A DNA stretch of 56,509 nt from Halobacteriales archaeon (GCA_042219475.1 JBDGPX010000063.1:1-56509); one strand, 5' to 3'. Positions 19,171 to 28,422 are shown, counted from the stretch's first letter. Translations and numbers: made by a program. Notes: a model not told the origin generated them from the letters alone.

Positions 19171-19330
19171 CGATCGATACAGAGGATCTCCGGAGTCCTG
19201 AATTCAGATAAACTCCCAACGGATTGTTCCGAATTTATATATGCTTATAACAGAACCTCCCCAATCAATCCCGAACGCGAACCGCCCCACACCACTGACG
19301 GTATCAGCGCCATCCGCCCTCATTAAAAGT

Positions 19331-21298
19331 ATGTCCCGCCTCACCGTTCTTTCGGTCTTGATCCTCGTCGTCGTCGCGAGTTCAGGTTTGGCCGCCGCAT
19401 CGCCCAGAGGCAGCCCAGAGTTAGCTACCTACGCGCCAGACAACCGAGTCACACCTGGTGACGAGACTCGTTTGGGGGTCGTGATTCTGAACAGCGGTGA
19501 TATCGATGTCGGCGGATCACCCGATCAGGAACGCCGCATCACCACCGCTCGCAACGTTCGTCTGACGATGAAACGTGGAACCGCTCCAATCAAGGTCGAA
19601 TCGGGGACGCAGCCGGTCGGTAACGTTCCGGAAGGTCGTGTCGGTCCGTTTTACTTCGATATCTCGATCAGCGACGACGCAGACCCGGGACGGTACGAAG
19701 TACCCATCGAAGTCGAATACGAATATACGAACGCGATCGTTGAGAGTGATCCAGGCAACCCCGTCCACCAACAAACCGAGCGGGAGCGGACACTCACTGT
19801 CGAGCTAGTGATTCAGGAGGACGCCCAATTCGAAATCGTCGATATACAGACCGATCCACTCGTTGGATCAAGTACGACAGTGACCTTCGACATCCGAAAC
19901 ACTGGATCGATGACCGCCCGGGATGCGACGTTGACAGTGAATTCTCGGAGTCGCCGTGTGAGTTTCGGTAGGGGAGCGAATACCAGCACGTTCATGGGGA
20001 ATTGGGAACCCGGGGCGACACGGACGATAGCTGTTGACACCCAAGTCAATGAAATCGCAAACGGTCGTCCATCGCCGGTTGCGATCCAGGTGAACTACAA
20101 GGATCGTGAGGGCGACCCACGCCGCTCGGACTCCCTGAATTTCGGTATCGATCCCGGACAGCGAACGGATCGGTTAGCGGTCGAACGAACCGACGCTAAT
20201 ATCGGCGTTGGCGACACCGGAACGGTCCAACTCGATGTAACCAACACCGGCCAAGAGATCCTGCGTGATGCCAGAGTGACGATCCAATCGACCGATCCGA
20301 AGCTCACGTTCGGTGGAAGCACCTCGGCCACGACCCTCGCAGGCACCTGGGAACCAGGGGAGACCAAATCGCTATCGTTCAAGGCCAGCACCGCCCCTGG
20401 GAGCGATGCCCGTGAGTATCCAGTCGGTCTCTCGGCCGAATATAAAGATGAAAACGGCGAAATAAAACGGACCGGGCAAGTCATCGCCGGGATCGAACCG
20501 AGACCGGAACAAACATTCGAGATCACGAACGTCCGGAGTACGTTAACCGTCGGCCAGGAAGGCCGCGTTACTGCAGAGGTACAGAACAACGGGGACGTGA
20601 CCGTCCGGAACGCCGTCGTCATCTTCGACTCAGGGAACCCGAACATCAATCCGATCGAAACGGAATACGCCGTTGGAACCCTCGAGCCTGGTGAAACACA
20701 GGAATTCAGCTTCGAGATCGAAATCAGCGACTCGGCGGACGCCGGCCCCCGTCAGCTCTCGTTCACCATGCGGTACCGCAATCAGGAGGACGACGTGCGT
20801 CGGTCGGATCCCATCGATGCCCAAGTAAACGTCAATGGCAAGCGAGATGTCTTCGAAGTGACGCCAGTTGAGACATCACTCAAAGCTGGAGATTCGGGGA
20901 TGCTCCGGTTACGGGTGACCAATACCAACAATCAGACCCTAAGGGACATATCAGCGAAACTCTTCGCCGATGACCCAATCTCCACAGACGACGATGAAGC
21001 GTTCATTGATCAACTTGAACCCGGAGAAAGCGCCGTAATCGTATTCGGTGTCAGCGCCGCTGGCAGTGCGATGGACAAACGGTATCCGGTCTCGATTGAT
21101 TTTCAGTATGACGACGCCGACGGCGACACACTCCTCTCAGATACCTACCAAGTGCCGATCGACGTCGAGCGATCGTCCGATGGTGGCGCGCCGGTCGTTC
21201 CGCTGGTGATCGTCATCGTGCTCGCGTTAATACTCGGCGGCGGTTTCCTTTATTATCGCCGTCGATCAGGCGGGGAATTACCGCTCAACGGTACATAG
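19331..21298 (+). CDS. Exported COG1361-type (CARDB/NEW3-like) surface protein with five beta-sandwich repeats and a C-terminal TM anchor
   Basis: The ORF is open from 19241, but that ATG lies in a TATA-like 'TTTATATATGC'. The ATG at 19331 gives the signal peptide 'MSRLTVLSVLILVVVASSGLAAA'. Five repeats of about 100 aa follow, each with '...V.N.G......(V/L)...', 'G.(W/L)EPGE(T/S)' and a 'Y(K/R)(D/N).(E/D)G' tail. The C-terminus is 'VVPLVIVIVLALILGGGFLYYRRR'. Confidence 0.7.
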   Translation: MSRLTVLSVLILVVVASSGLAAASPRGSPELATYAPDNRVTPGDETRLGVVILNSGDIDVGGSPDQERRITTARNVRLTMKRGTAPIKVESGTQPVGNVPEGRVGPFYFDISISDDADPGRYEVPIEVEYEYTNAIVESDPGNPVHQQTERERTLTVELVIQEDAQFEIVDIQTDPLVGSSTTVTFDIRNTGSMTARDATLTVNSRSRRVSFGRGANTSTFMGNWEPGATRTIAVDTQVNEIANGRPSPVAIQVNYKDREGDPRRSDSLNFGIDPGQRTDRLAVERTDANIGVGDTGTVQLDVTNTGQEILRDARVTIQSTDPKLTFGGSTSATTLAGTWEPGETKSLSFKASTAPGSDAREYPVGLSAEYKDENGEIKRTGQVIAGIEPRPEQTFEITNVRSTLTVGQEGRVTAEVQNNGDVTVRNAVVIFDSGNPNINPIETEYAVGTLEPGETQEFSFEIEISDSADAGPRQLSFTMRYRNQEDDVRRSDPIDAQVNVNGKRDVFEVTPVETSLKAGDSGMLRLRVTNTNNQTLRDISAKLFADDPISTDDDEAFIDQLEPGESAVIVFGVSAAGSAMDKRYPVSIDFQYDDADGDTLLSDTYQVPIDVERSSDGGAPVVPLVIVIVLALILGGGFLYYRRRSGGELPLNGT

Positions 21299-21495
21299 GT
21301 CGGCAGAACTCGCATATGCGGCCAGATAGCTTACCGATCACGCGCACCATGGGATTCACTGGAGTTAGCCGCCACTCTTGACGTGGCGGTTGGACCGTTG
21401 ACCGACACACGAATGACATCCGACTGACATTCATCAACCGCTGGACACTATTGGGACGATAACTTTTTGGTGTTGATTATCGATGTTGAGAATAG

Positions 21496-21837
21496 ATGGA
21501 CGATTCGGTGGAACTCCTGCGCGTACTTGGGAACAAGTTCAGCGCCGAGATCCTCCAGGCGGCCGATGAACCCAAATCCGCTCAAGAACTCTCCGACGAG
21601 CTTGATATCCCCATCGCGACGAGCTATAGACGGATCGAGGAACTGACCGACGCAGAGTTCTTAGAACTTCAGGGCAAGGAGTTCTCAGATGAGGGACGCC
21701 GTACACAGGTCTACCGGCGCAACGTCGAAACGATCCGGATCGAGTTCAGCGAGGAGACGATCGAATTCCGCATCGAGGAACGGCCGGAGGTCTCGGATGC
21801 GTTGGCGGACGTATGGGAACAGCTTGGCAAGCGGTAA
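21496..21837 (+). CDS. ArsR/wHTH-family transcription regulator
   Basis: 113 aa. 'LLRVLGNKFSAEILQAADEPKSAQELSDELDIPIATSYRRIEELTD'. Confidence 0.65.
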   Translation: MDDSVELLRVLGNKFSAEILQAADEPKSAQELSDELDIPIATSYRRIEELTDAEFLELQGKEFSDEGRRTQVYRRNVETIRIEFSEETIEFRIEERPEVSDALADVWEQLGKR

Positions 21838-22057
21838 CCGACAGGACGGCGATCCAGCGGCCACCCGTATCACCAGCTTTTGATTTCACAGACGGTGTCG
21901 CTCTCAGCTCTGATAACCCCCTAGCCGGCTGACACCATCGACGGGGGCTTCCACACTGTAGCGTTGTGATCCGTCCCGGGGGGAACCCAACCGCACTCGG
22001 CCGACTCCGTCTGTAGAAACCGAGGTGTATTAGCCGGTCGGCGTCGAGCATGTTGCC

Positions 22058-22849
22058 ATGGAGATCGGACTCGAGCTTCTGGACCGCGGCCGCGTGCGTG
22101 CTGATATGAACTTCGTCCTGGACGGTCTCACGACGGCGACGTATGACGATCGCCAACCCGAACACGAGTACGGTGAATTCGTCGTTTGGAACCTCATCAT
22201 CGACCATCCCGAAGCGACGATCCTCTGGGATACCGGATCCCATCATCGGGCCGGTGACGGCTACTGGCCCGATCCCCTGTACCAGTCCTTCGCCCACATC
22301 GACGCTACCGAACACGATCTTTCCGATGATCTCGAATCGGCAGGCTACGGGATCGATGATATCGATGCCGTCGTCATGAGCCATCTCCATCTGGATCACG
22401 CCGGCGGACTCCATCACTTCGCCGAGACCGAAACCCCAATCTACGTTCACCGTGACGAACTGCAGTTCGCCTACTACAGCGCAACGACCGACGAAGGCTC
22501 GATCGCCTATCTCAAACAGGACTTCGATCACGAGCTGTACTGGCAGATCATTCACCGCGAACAAGAGCTGTTTCCGGGCATCGAACTGATCCATTTGCCC
22601 GGACATACGCCCGGATTACTGGGTGCTCGTATCGATCGGGATGGCGGATCGGTCCTCGTAGTCGGTGACGAGGCATACCACGAGGCCAATTTCACCGACG
22701 AACATCCAATGGCCCAGAGCCTGCTATGGAGTAATCAGGCGTGGTTCGAGAGCCTCCAGCGGGTCAAAGGAATCGTAACCGAGACAGAGGCGACACCGAT
22801 CTTCGGTCACGATCTCGACCACTTCGAAGCGTTAACCGACACACTGTGA
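22058..22849 (+). CDS. Metallo-beta-lactamase fold hydrolase (N-acyl-homoserine-lactonase-like)
   Basis: 263 aa with the 'SHLHLDHAGG' HxHxDH motif and downstream 'LPGHTPG' and 'GHD'. Confidence 0.8.
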   Translation: MEIGLELLDRGRVRADMNFVLDGLTTATYDDRQPEHEYGEFVVWNLIIDHPEATILWDTGSHHRAGDGYWPDPLYQSFAHIDATEHDLSDDLESAGYGIDDIDAVVMSHLHLDHAGGLHHFAETETPIYVHRDELQFAYYSATTDEGSIAYLKQDFDHELYWQIIHREQELFPGIELIHLPGHTPGLLGARIDRDGGSVLVVGDEAYHEANFTDEHPMAQSLLWSNQAWFESLQRVKGIVTETEATPIFGHDLDHFEALTDTL

Positions 22850-23278
22850 CATCCTCCCCGTCGTGGACGGGGCTTCCTCATCCAGGAGGTACCCGGCCTG
22901 CTTCCGGTCGGTTTTAGGACCGTCTCTCCCGAGGTCGGCGGGCGGGGTTCGACCCTCGCTCGGGAGCGTCCTATGGCCCTGTCACGGGGGCTCCAATCCG
23001 CAAGCGAGTCATCGCCGCGCGGTTTCTCGACGCAGCTCTCTCCCAAGCGGTCGTGCCTTGAAGAGAGTACGCTATGCGGTGACGGCCTCGTTCTCTACCG
23101 CCGTGATCCGTGATTCGAGGAGTAATATACCGATCGTTGAAACCCACCGAAGTAGTGGGTAAGCACTCCCCAGATCCGTCACATATACGGGGCATACCAA
23201 CACCGATTCATAAGCGAGTCGATCACGTCGCTGCCGTCAGAAGTTGGAGTTTAATAGGTCGCCTTTCGGTGTAAGCAT
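22850..23278. ncRNA. ORF-poor, GC-rich, hairpin-dense spacer: candidate unassigned structured RNA (strand unknown)
   Basis: About 430 nt between two + strand genes. All ORFs of 60 aa or more here translate to R/S/P-rich sequence that does not look protein-like. Stems verified by eye: 22856-22872; a compound stem 22917-22971 (GGAC/GTCC, CTCCCGAG/CTCGGGAG, GTCG/CGAC); and 23142-23160 (ACCCAC-7nt-GTGGGT). No known RNA family signature recognised. Confidence 0.2.
22856..22872 (+). other. Perfect 7-bp hairpin CCCCGTC-GTG-GACGGGG immediately 3' of the MBL stop
   Basis: Read directly. No T-run follows, so a terminator role is uncertain. It may belong to the structured spacer described at 22850-23278. 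Confidence 0.3.
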
Positions 23279-24655
23279 ATGGAACGGGTAGATGTCGCTG
23301 TCGTCGGCGGAGGGCCGGCGGGGTCGTCCGCGGCGAAGGCAGCCGCCGATCGGGGGGTCGCGGTCGCGCTTTTCGAGAAGGGCGTCCCCCGGGCCGATCG
23401 CGATGGACTCGGCCCAGATTCCACCGACGCCGCGGGCATGCTCGACTACTGGGTCGACCTCATGGACATGGCTCCGGAGGAGATTCCCGACGAGATCATT
23501 CTCCGGCAGCTTGATGGCGCGACATTCTACGGGCCATCCGAATCGGTAACGCTGACCAGTACGGGTATCCCCGCGTCGTATCCTCGCTTTGGATTCACTT
23601 TCGATCGGGCACGGTTCGACGACTGGCTTCGCGAACGGGCCGAAACCGCCGGCGCCGACTACCGGGTCGGAGACAGCGTGACGGGGGTCGAGACGACGGT
23701 GGGCGGCGACCCGCGACACGAACTGTCCATTAGTGATGGATCGACTGTCGGCGCCGATTATCTCGTGCTGGCGGACGGACCCCAGCGGACCGTCACGATG
23801 GGTGTCTTGAACCAATTTATGCCCGAGGGTGAATCGATGGAGGATTATCTCGCTTCGACATCCGCCAACCACATCGCCTACCAGGAGTACCGACGTTTCC
23901 CCAAGGAGGCGTTCGATCCTTCGATCCTGAAGTTCTGGTGGGGGTATATTCCCGGTGAGACGGCGTATCCGTGGGTCTTTCCGAACGACGAAACCGTGGC
24001 CCGCGTCGGATTGACGATGCCGATCGGGCTGGATCTCGATAACGTCGAAGGCCGATCCGACTACCGGTTGCTCACCGACGATGACGACCAGATCCCATCT
24101 GGTCAGGAGTACATAACCCGGCTACTGGAAGCCGAATACGGCGACAGCTACGACATCGAAGCCGACTTCCCACGCGTCGATGATCGGGGTAAACGTGATG
24201 GGACCGAGACGTATCCGATCTCCTCGACACGGCCGATCGAATCACCGACCCGAGCGGGAATCGCGGTGACCGGCGGCGCGATGGGAGCCACATCAGCCTT
24301 TCATGAGGGTGGCGGCCACGTCGCCGTTCGAACCGGGAAGATCGCCGGCCGGCTTGCGGCAGAAGACGACCTTCAGCGGTACAATGCGGCGTGGAAAGCA
24401 GCGATCGGCGATGAACTCCGCCGGAACATCTCGATGGCTGACATGGTCGAAGACTACACCCCGGCTGATTGGGACGAGGCCTTCCGGATCACGAGTCGGA
24501 TCCTTTCAACTGGGAACGGATCGCTCTCGGCGCTAAACCGGCCGATCGCCGTCGGTCTCGATGGCTTGAAGATTTTCGTCGGGTATCGGTGGCGGAAATT
24601 TCGGTTCCGAGACGGACGGTATGTCCAGTTTTCCGAAGACCGGTATACAATCTGA
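23279..24655 (+). CDS. Geranylgeranyl reductase family FAD-dependent oxidoreductase
   Basis: 458 aa. 'VDVAVVGGGPAGSSAAKAAADRG' dinucleotide fold. Length and layout match haloarchaeal GGR-like flavoproteins. Confidence 0.8.
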   Translation: MERVDVAVVGGGPAGSSAAKAAADRGVAVALFEKGVPRADRDGLGPDSTDAAGMLDYWVDLMDMAPEEIPDEIILRQLDGATFYGPSESVTLTSTGIPASYPRFGFTFDRARFDDWLRERAETAGADYRVGDSVTGVETTVGGDPRHELSISDGSTVGADYLVLADGPQRTVTMGVLNQFMPEGESMEDYLASTSANHIAYQEYRRFPKEAFDPSILKFWWGYIPGETAYPWVFPNDETVARVGLTMPIGLDLDNVEGRSDYRLLTDDDDQIPSGQEYITRLLEAEYGDSYDIEADFPRVDDRGKRDGTETYPISSTRPIESPTRAGIAVTGGAMGATSAFHEGGGHVAVRTGKIAGRLAAEDDLQRYNAAWKAAIGDELRRNISMADMVEDYTPADWDEAFRITSRILSTGNGSLSALNRPIAVGLDGLKIFVGYRWRKFRFRDGRYVQFSEDRYTI

Positions 24656-24895
24656 ACCCTTCCAACCGGGTTTGTACCGCGGGAGTAGTCTTCGATCAGC
24701 CTAACCGAGTTCCCATTGAGTCCCCCAGGCGCAAGAGCAGACCAGGACTTGGATGTTGATCGGAGTACAGTCGAACGCCAGACAAACCAATTGAGGACAT
24801 CGACAATCGGATTGTGGTTGGTCTGTCGGAGATAACCTACGTGCCAACACTTAACATGGGCCAGTGCAATGAGTAGATGAGGGGCCATCAAGGGG

Positions 24896-25531
24896 ATGTC
24901 ACATCGAAGAGAACACCAGGGCGGAGGCGAGGATCAAATCGAACTCGCGGATACGACATCAGCAGCGCTCCTGCAAGCGGATGCGATCGATCGCCATGGA
25001 ACGACAATCTGCCATAATTTGTTAACCGGCGGACGGCTGGCCAATCGAAACGTGCTTGCGATCGATTTCAGACGATCGACCGACCAATGGATCCGTGAAT
25101 GGAAGGAGGAAATCGGCGAATTGCCAAACGCTCTCCGATTGATCGTCACGGAGGAAGCCTACCGCTCGGCGGCCGTCTCCGAACCCGAATCCATGACCAG
25201 CGATCTCGAAATCACGCCGATCAGCAACCCACAGGATCTGACGGCGATCGGGATTCAAATCACGGACTGTCTCGACAACTGGTCGGATGAGGAGGTTACG
25301 GTGACGGCATGTTTAGACTCGCTGTCGACGATGCTCCAGTATACGTCCTTCGACCCAGTCTTCCGGTTTCTTCACGTGTTCATTCGTCAGTTGGACTCGA
25401 TCGATGCGACCGGCCATTTCCACATCGATCCAACGGCCCACGACGAACAGACCCTTACGCGCCTGTATCAGATCTTTGATGCCGTCATCACGATCGAGGG
25501 CGGCACGGTCGTCTCGATCCGAGAACGGTAG
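24896..25531 (+). CDS. KaiC/RecA-fold-like protein lacking a P-loop (paralogue of 10171-10815)
   Basis: 211 aa. The C-terminal 'FRFLHVFIRQLDSIDATGHFHIDPTAHDEQTLTRLYQIFDAVITIE' aligns with 'FRFLHVLTGRVSGADGLGLFSIDPTTHDQGTVNTLKQLFDGMIELR' of the other copy. No GxxxxGK motif. Confidence 0.5.
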   Translation: MSHRREHQGGGEDQIELADTTSAALLQADAIDRHGTTICHNLLTGGRLANRNVLAIDFRRSTDQWIREWKEEIGELPNALRLIVTEEAYRSAAVSEPESMTSDLEITPISNPQDLTAIGIQITDCLDNWSDEEVTVTACLDSLSTMLQYTSFDPVFRFLHVFIRQLDSIDATGHFHIDPTAHDEQTLTRLYQIFDAVITIEGGTVVSIRER

Positions 25532-25595
25532 TGGGATGGGGCCGAGTGCAAGCGAATCACCTAGCTATATCAAAAACGGGCCGTAAACGGGCGCC

Positions 25596-26615
25596 ATGGC
25601 GAGCGAGTACGAGCCCGTTGAGTCACCTGACTCGACGACCGTCTTCCCGTATCACGATCTGACTCCACCGACGATCGCCGATGTCTTCCGCGCTAAACCC
25701 ATTGTCGATCAGTACCTCCCTCGGACGCCGCTCGTACGCAGCGAGCCGTTATCGGCGGAATTCGACGCCGAGATCTATCTCAAACGCGAGGATACCTTCC
25801 CTATCGGCGCGTTCAAAGTCCGGGGTGGCGTTAATCTCGTCCATAACCTCGACGAAGAATTCCGTGATCGAGGACTGATCACCGCCAGTACCGGCAATCA
25901 CGGCCAGTCGATCGCGTTTGCAGGCCGTGAGTTCGATGTCCCGGTCATCGTTGGCGTTCCGGAAGACGCCAACCCATCGAAAGTCGCGGCGATGGAACGG
26001 CTAGGCGCCCGAGTGGAGAAACACGGTGACGACTTCGATGAGGCCCGCGAATGGGTCGAACAACAGGCCATCGAAAAGGGCTATCGGTACGTCCATTCGG
26101 CTAACGAACCCCGTCTCATCAGCGGGGTCGGCACGGCCGGTATCGAAGTCGTCGAAGATCTCCCGGATATCGATATCCTCTACACACCGGTCGGCGGTGG
26201 GAGCAGTGCGTCGGGGTATTGTCTCACCGTCGGCGAATTGACGGATGCAAAAGTCATTGGGATCCAATCGGAGTCCGCCGACGCGATGTATCGCGCCTGG
26301 TCGGAGGGTCATCTCGAACCACAGGATCGCATGGAGACGTTCGCCGAAGGGATCGCGACACGTGTGCCATTCGCCCTGACCGCAGAAATCCTTCAAGAAC
26401 GGCTCGACGACCTCCGGTTGGTGAACGATGAGGAGCTGAAAGAGGGTATCCGTTGGATGCTCGATAACGAACACCTGATCTTCGAAGGCGCCTGTGCGAC
26501 GAGTGTCGCCGAACTGTTCCGGCGGCGAGACGAGATCGAGGGCAAGAAAATCGTCTTCCCGGTCTCCGGACGGAACATCCAAACCGATCGACTCCTCGAT
26601 ATCGTAACCGGGTGA
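25596..26615 (+). CDS. PLP-dependent threonine/serine dehydratase (threonine ammonia-lyase, catabolic type without ACT domain)
   Basis: 339 aa. PLP-Lys context 'PIGAFKVRGG', plus 'STGNHGQS' and 'GGGSSASG'. Confidence 0.85.
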   Translation: MASEYEPVESPDSTTVFPYHDLTPPTIADVFRAKPIVDQYLPRTPLVRSEPLSAEFDAEIYLKREDTFPIGAFKVRGGVNLVHNLDEEFRDRGLITASTGNHGQSIAFAGREFDVPVIVGVPEDANPSKVAAMERLGARVEKHGDDFDEAREWVEQQAIEKGYRYVHSANEPRLISGVGTAGIEVVEDLPDIDILYTPVGGGSSASGYCLTVGELTDAKVIGIQSESADAMYRAWSEGHLEPQDRMETFAEGIATRVPFALTAEILQERLDDLRLVNDEELKEGIRWMLDNEHLIFEGACATSVAELFRRRDEIEGKKIVFPVSGRNIQTDRLLDIVTG

Positions 26616-26653
26616 CACCGAGGATCGTATTACGAGGTGGAGTAAGGGTGAGG

Positions 26654-27088
26654 TTAACCGGTATACCCTTCGACTAAGCTCCGAAGTGAAGATTCAGGCT
26701 GAACACCGACGACACGTTCAACGGGCTCGCCGTCGGCAAACAGAAGCAGTGTCGGAACACTCCGGACCTGGTGTTGTTGGGCGAGTCCCTGATGAGCATC
26801 GATATCGACCTTGGCAACTGCTGCGTCGGTCTGGGCCGCGATCGATTCAACCGTCGGTTCAAGCATCTGACAGGGGCCACACCAGTCGGCATAGAAATCA
26901 ACCAAGACGACGTTGTTGTCATTTAGCACCTCTGTGAGAGCTGTTTGTCCATCGATATAGATCGGTGTATCTGAGGTTGACTGTGCCGCTGAGGTTGTCT
27001 CTGGGTCTGTCCTATCGGACGTCGATCCCTCGTCAAGCAACTGTTGCCGTTTTCGTTCCCTGATCTCAGCTAGCTCGTCATCCGTCAT
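26654..27088 (-). CDS. trxA: Thioredoxin
   Basis: 'WCGPCQ' active site. I prefer the internal start at 27088 ('MTDDELAEIRERKRQQL'), which is typical of haloarchaeal thioredoxins. The ORF extends to 27229. Confidence 0.85.
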   Translation of the reverse strand: MTDDELAEIRERKRQQLLDEGSTSDRTDPETTSAAQSTSDTPIYIDGQTALTEVLNDNNVVLVDFYADWCGPCQMLEPTVESIAAQTDAAVAKVDIDAHQGLAQQHQVRSVPTLLLFADGEPVERVVGVQPESSLRSLVEGYTG

Positions 27089-27271
27089 ACATAGATGTAG
27101 TAAATGGGTGGGATTAACAGCTTCGAGGGACCGTTCGGATAATGTCGACTCAACGTTACTGAACGAAGCCGTCTCGAAATCAGTCATTAGTGAGAACCTA
27201 TTGTTATCAGATTCGATAGTGTCAGCCATAGGTTTAATAGGGCGGTTAGACCAGTTTCGCGCAACTACAAA

Positions 27272-27553
27272 ATGCCGCTTATCGAAAACCTCTATGTGAT
27301 TACAAGCGCCCTCCTATCGCTTGCAGCCTTTCTCATGGTGATCATGGCGATCCGAGCATATCTCAAGACGACGAAGGACGCTATGATCCATCTTTCCCTC
27401 GGATTCACGCTCATCGTCGGGGCAACGGTATCGACAGCGATTAGCGGGTTTTTAATCAATTTCTCGAGTCCACGGATGTTACTGTTGGTGAACAATTCCT
27501 TCTCGACGTTCGGCTATCTCTTCGTCGTGTATAGTTTAGTGACGTATCATTGA
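27272..27553 (+). CDS. Small membrane protein with three predicted TM helices, function unknown
   Basis: 93 aa with three hydrophobic stretches. Visibly lower GC than neighbouring genes and flanked by AT-rich spacers. Confidence 0.5.
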   Translation: MPLIENLYVITSALLSLAAFLMVIMAIRAYLKTTKDAMIHLSLGFTLIVGATVSTAISGFLINFSSPRMLLLVNNSFSTFGYLFVVYSLVTYH

Positions 27554-27825
27554 TTGGTGGATGAGTTATCGGACTGTCTTCGACTGCGTCGTGTGATCGT
27601 TTCGTTAAGGAATCCTACCGATCAAGATTATCACTTCTGAATATAGCTTTAATGGATCCATCACGACGTGAAATTGTGATATATCAAGTCGGCACGTGGA
27701 ATCTGTCCGAATCAGCTCACTCGACAGTGACAGCGTCGACAAGGAGGTACAATCGCGAACCAAGAGTACCTATCTCAGAGGATTTCGCCGAATAGCCTTT
27801 GCCATAGCACATCATAGGTTCGGAT

Positions 27826-28422
27826 ATGCCATCCGATGACGATGCCGGTGCGGCGGATGACGACGCAGTCGTTTCACCGGATGAACTCGATATCAGCGAC
27901 AACGACAAAGTCGTTGAGATCGATGAAGGTCGTTACGTTATCGGGACGAGCGGCGGCAAGCCCCGGCAACCTCCCGACTCCGATCCACCAATCAGCAGTA
28001 ACGAACAGGACACCGAACAGCCATCCAGTGGGAATGACCAGCCCACACAGGACGGGGAAGTCGAACTGTCCGATGAGGTGGTCCACGAGTGGCTTGAGGA
28101 GTATCTCGATAATATCAGATCGGACTACGGCTTCGATATCACCGCCAAGTTCGATGGTGAGGTCAAAAACCAACAGCTGTTTTCCAACGACGTCGTGACG
28201 AGTTTCGAGAACCTCCTGTTGTGGTACTCCCAGCAGGTCGGCGGCAATACGCCGATCGAGGAAGTCCTCGGGATTCTCCTCGTCGAAGCGAACATCCCGA
28301 TCAAATATACACCCGAAGTACTCCACGCGATGATGAACAAACAGGGACTCGACGAGGACGATTCGATCGGCGATCTACTGGCAGCAGCCAACGATAACGA
28401 TGGCTTCGAGCTGCCTCGGTGA
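27826..28422 (+). CDS. Hyper-acidic hypothetical protein upstream of cheY
   Basis: 198 aa. The N-terminal ~75 aa are D/E/S/P-rich and look disordered ('MPSDDDAGAADDDAVVSPDELDISDND'). The C-terminal ~120 aa look globular ('VVHEWLEEYLDNIRSDYGFDITAKFDG...LLLWYSQQVGG'). Same strand as cheY, 123 nt upstream. No family recognised. Confidence 0.55.
   Translation: MPSDDDAGAADDDAVVSPDELDISDNDKVVEIDEGRYVIGTSGGKPRQPPDSDPPISSNEQDTEQPSSGNDQPTQDGEVELSDEVVHEWLEEYLDNIRSDYGFDITAKFDGEVKNQQLFSNDVVTSFENLLLWYSQQVGGNTPIEEVLGILLVEANIPIKYTPEVLHAMMNKQGLDEDDSIGDLLAAANDNDGFELPR

Noticed and set aside
22850-23278. Identification of the structured spacer as RNase P RNA or SRP (7S) RNA
   Set aside because: The length is suggestive, and short stretches resemble E. 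coli M1 RNA: minus strand 'GAUGAGGAAGCCCCGUCCACGACGGGG', plus strand 'UGAAACCCACC...GUGGGUAAGCAC'. But these lie on opposite strands, the universal CR-I 'GGAAAGUCC' is absent on both strands, and the SRP helix-8 GNRA/'GGAAGCAGC' context is incomplete. I kept it only as an unassigned RNA candidate.
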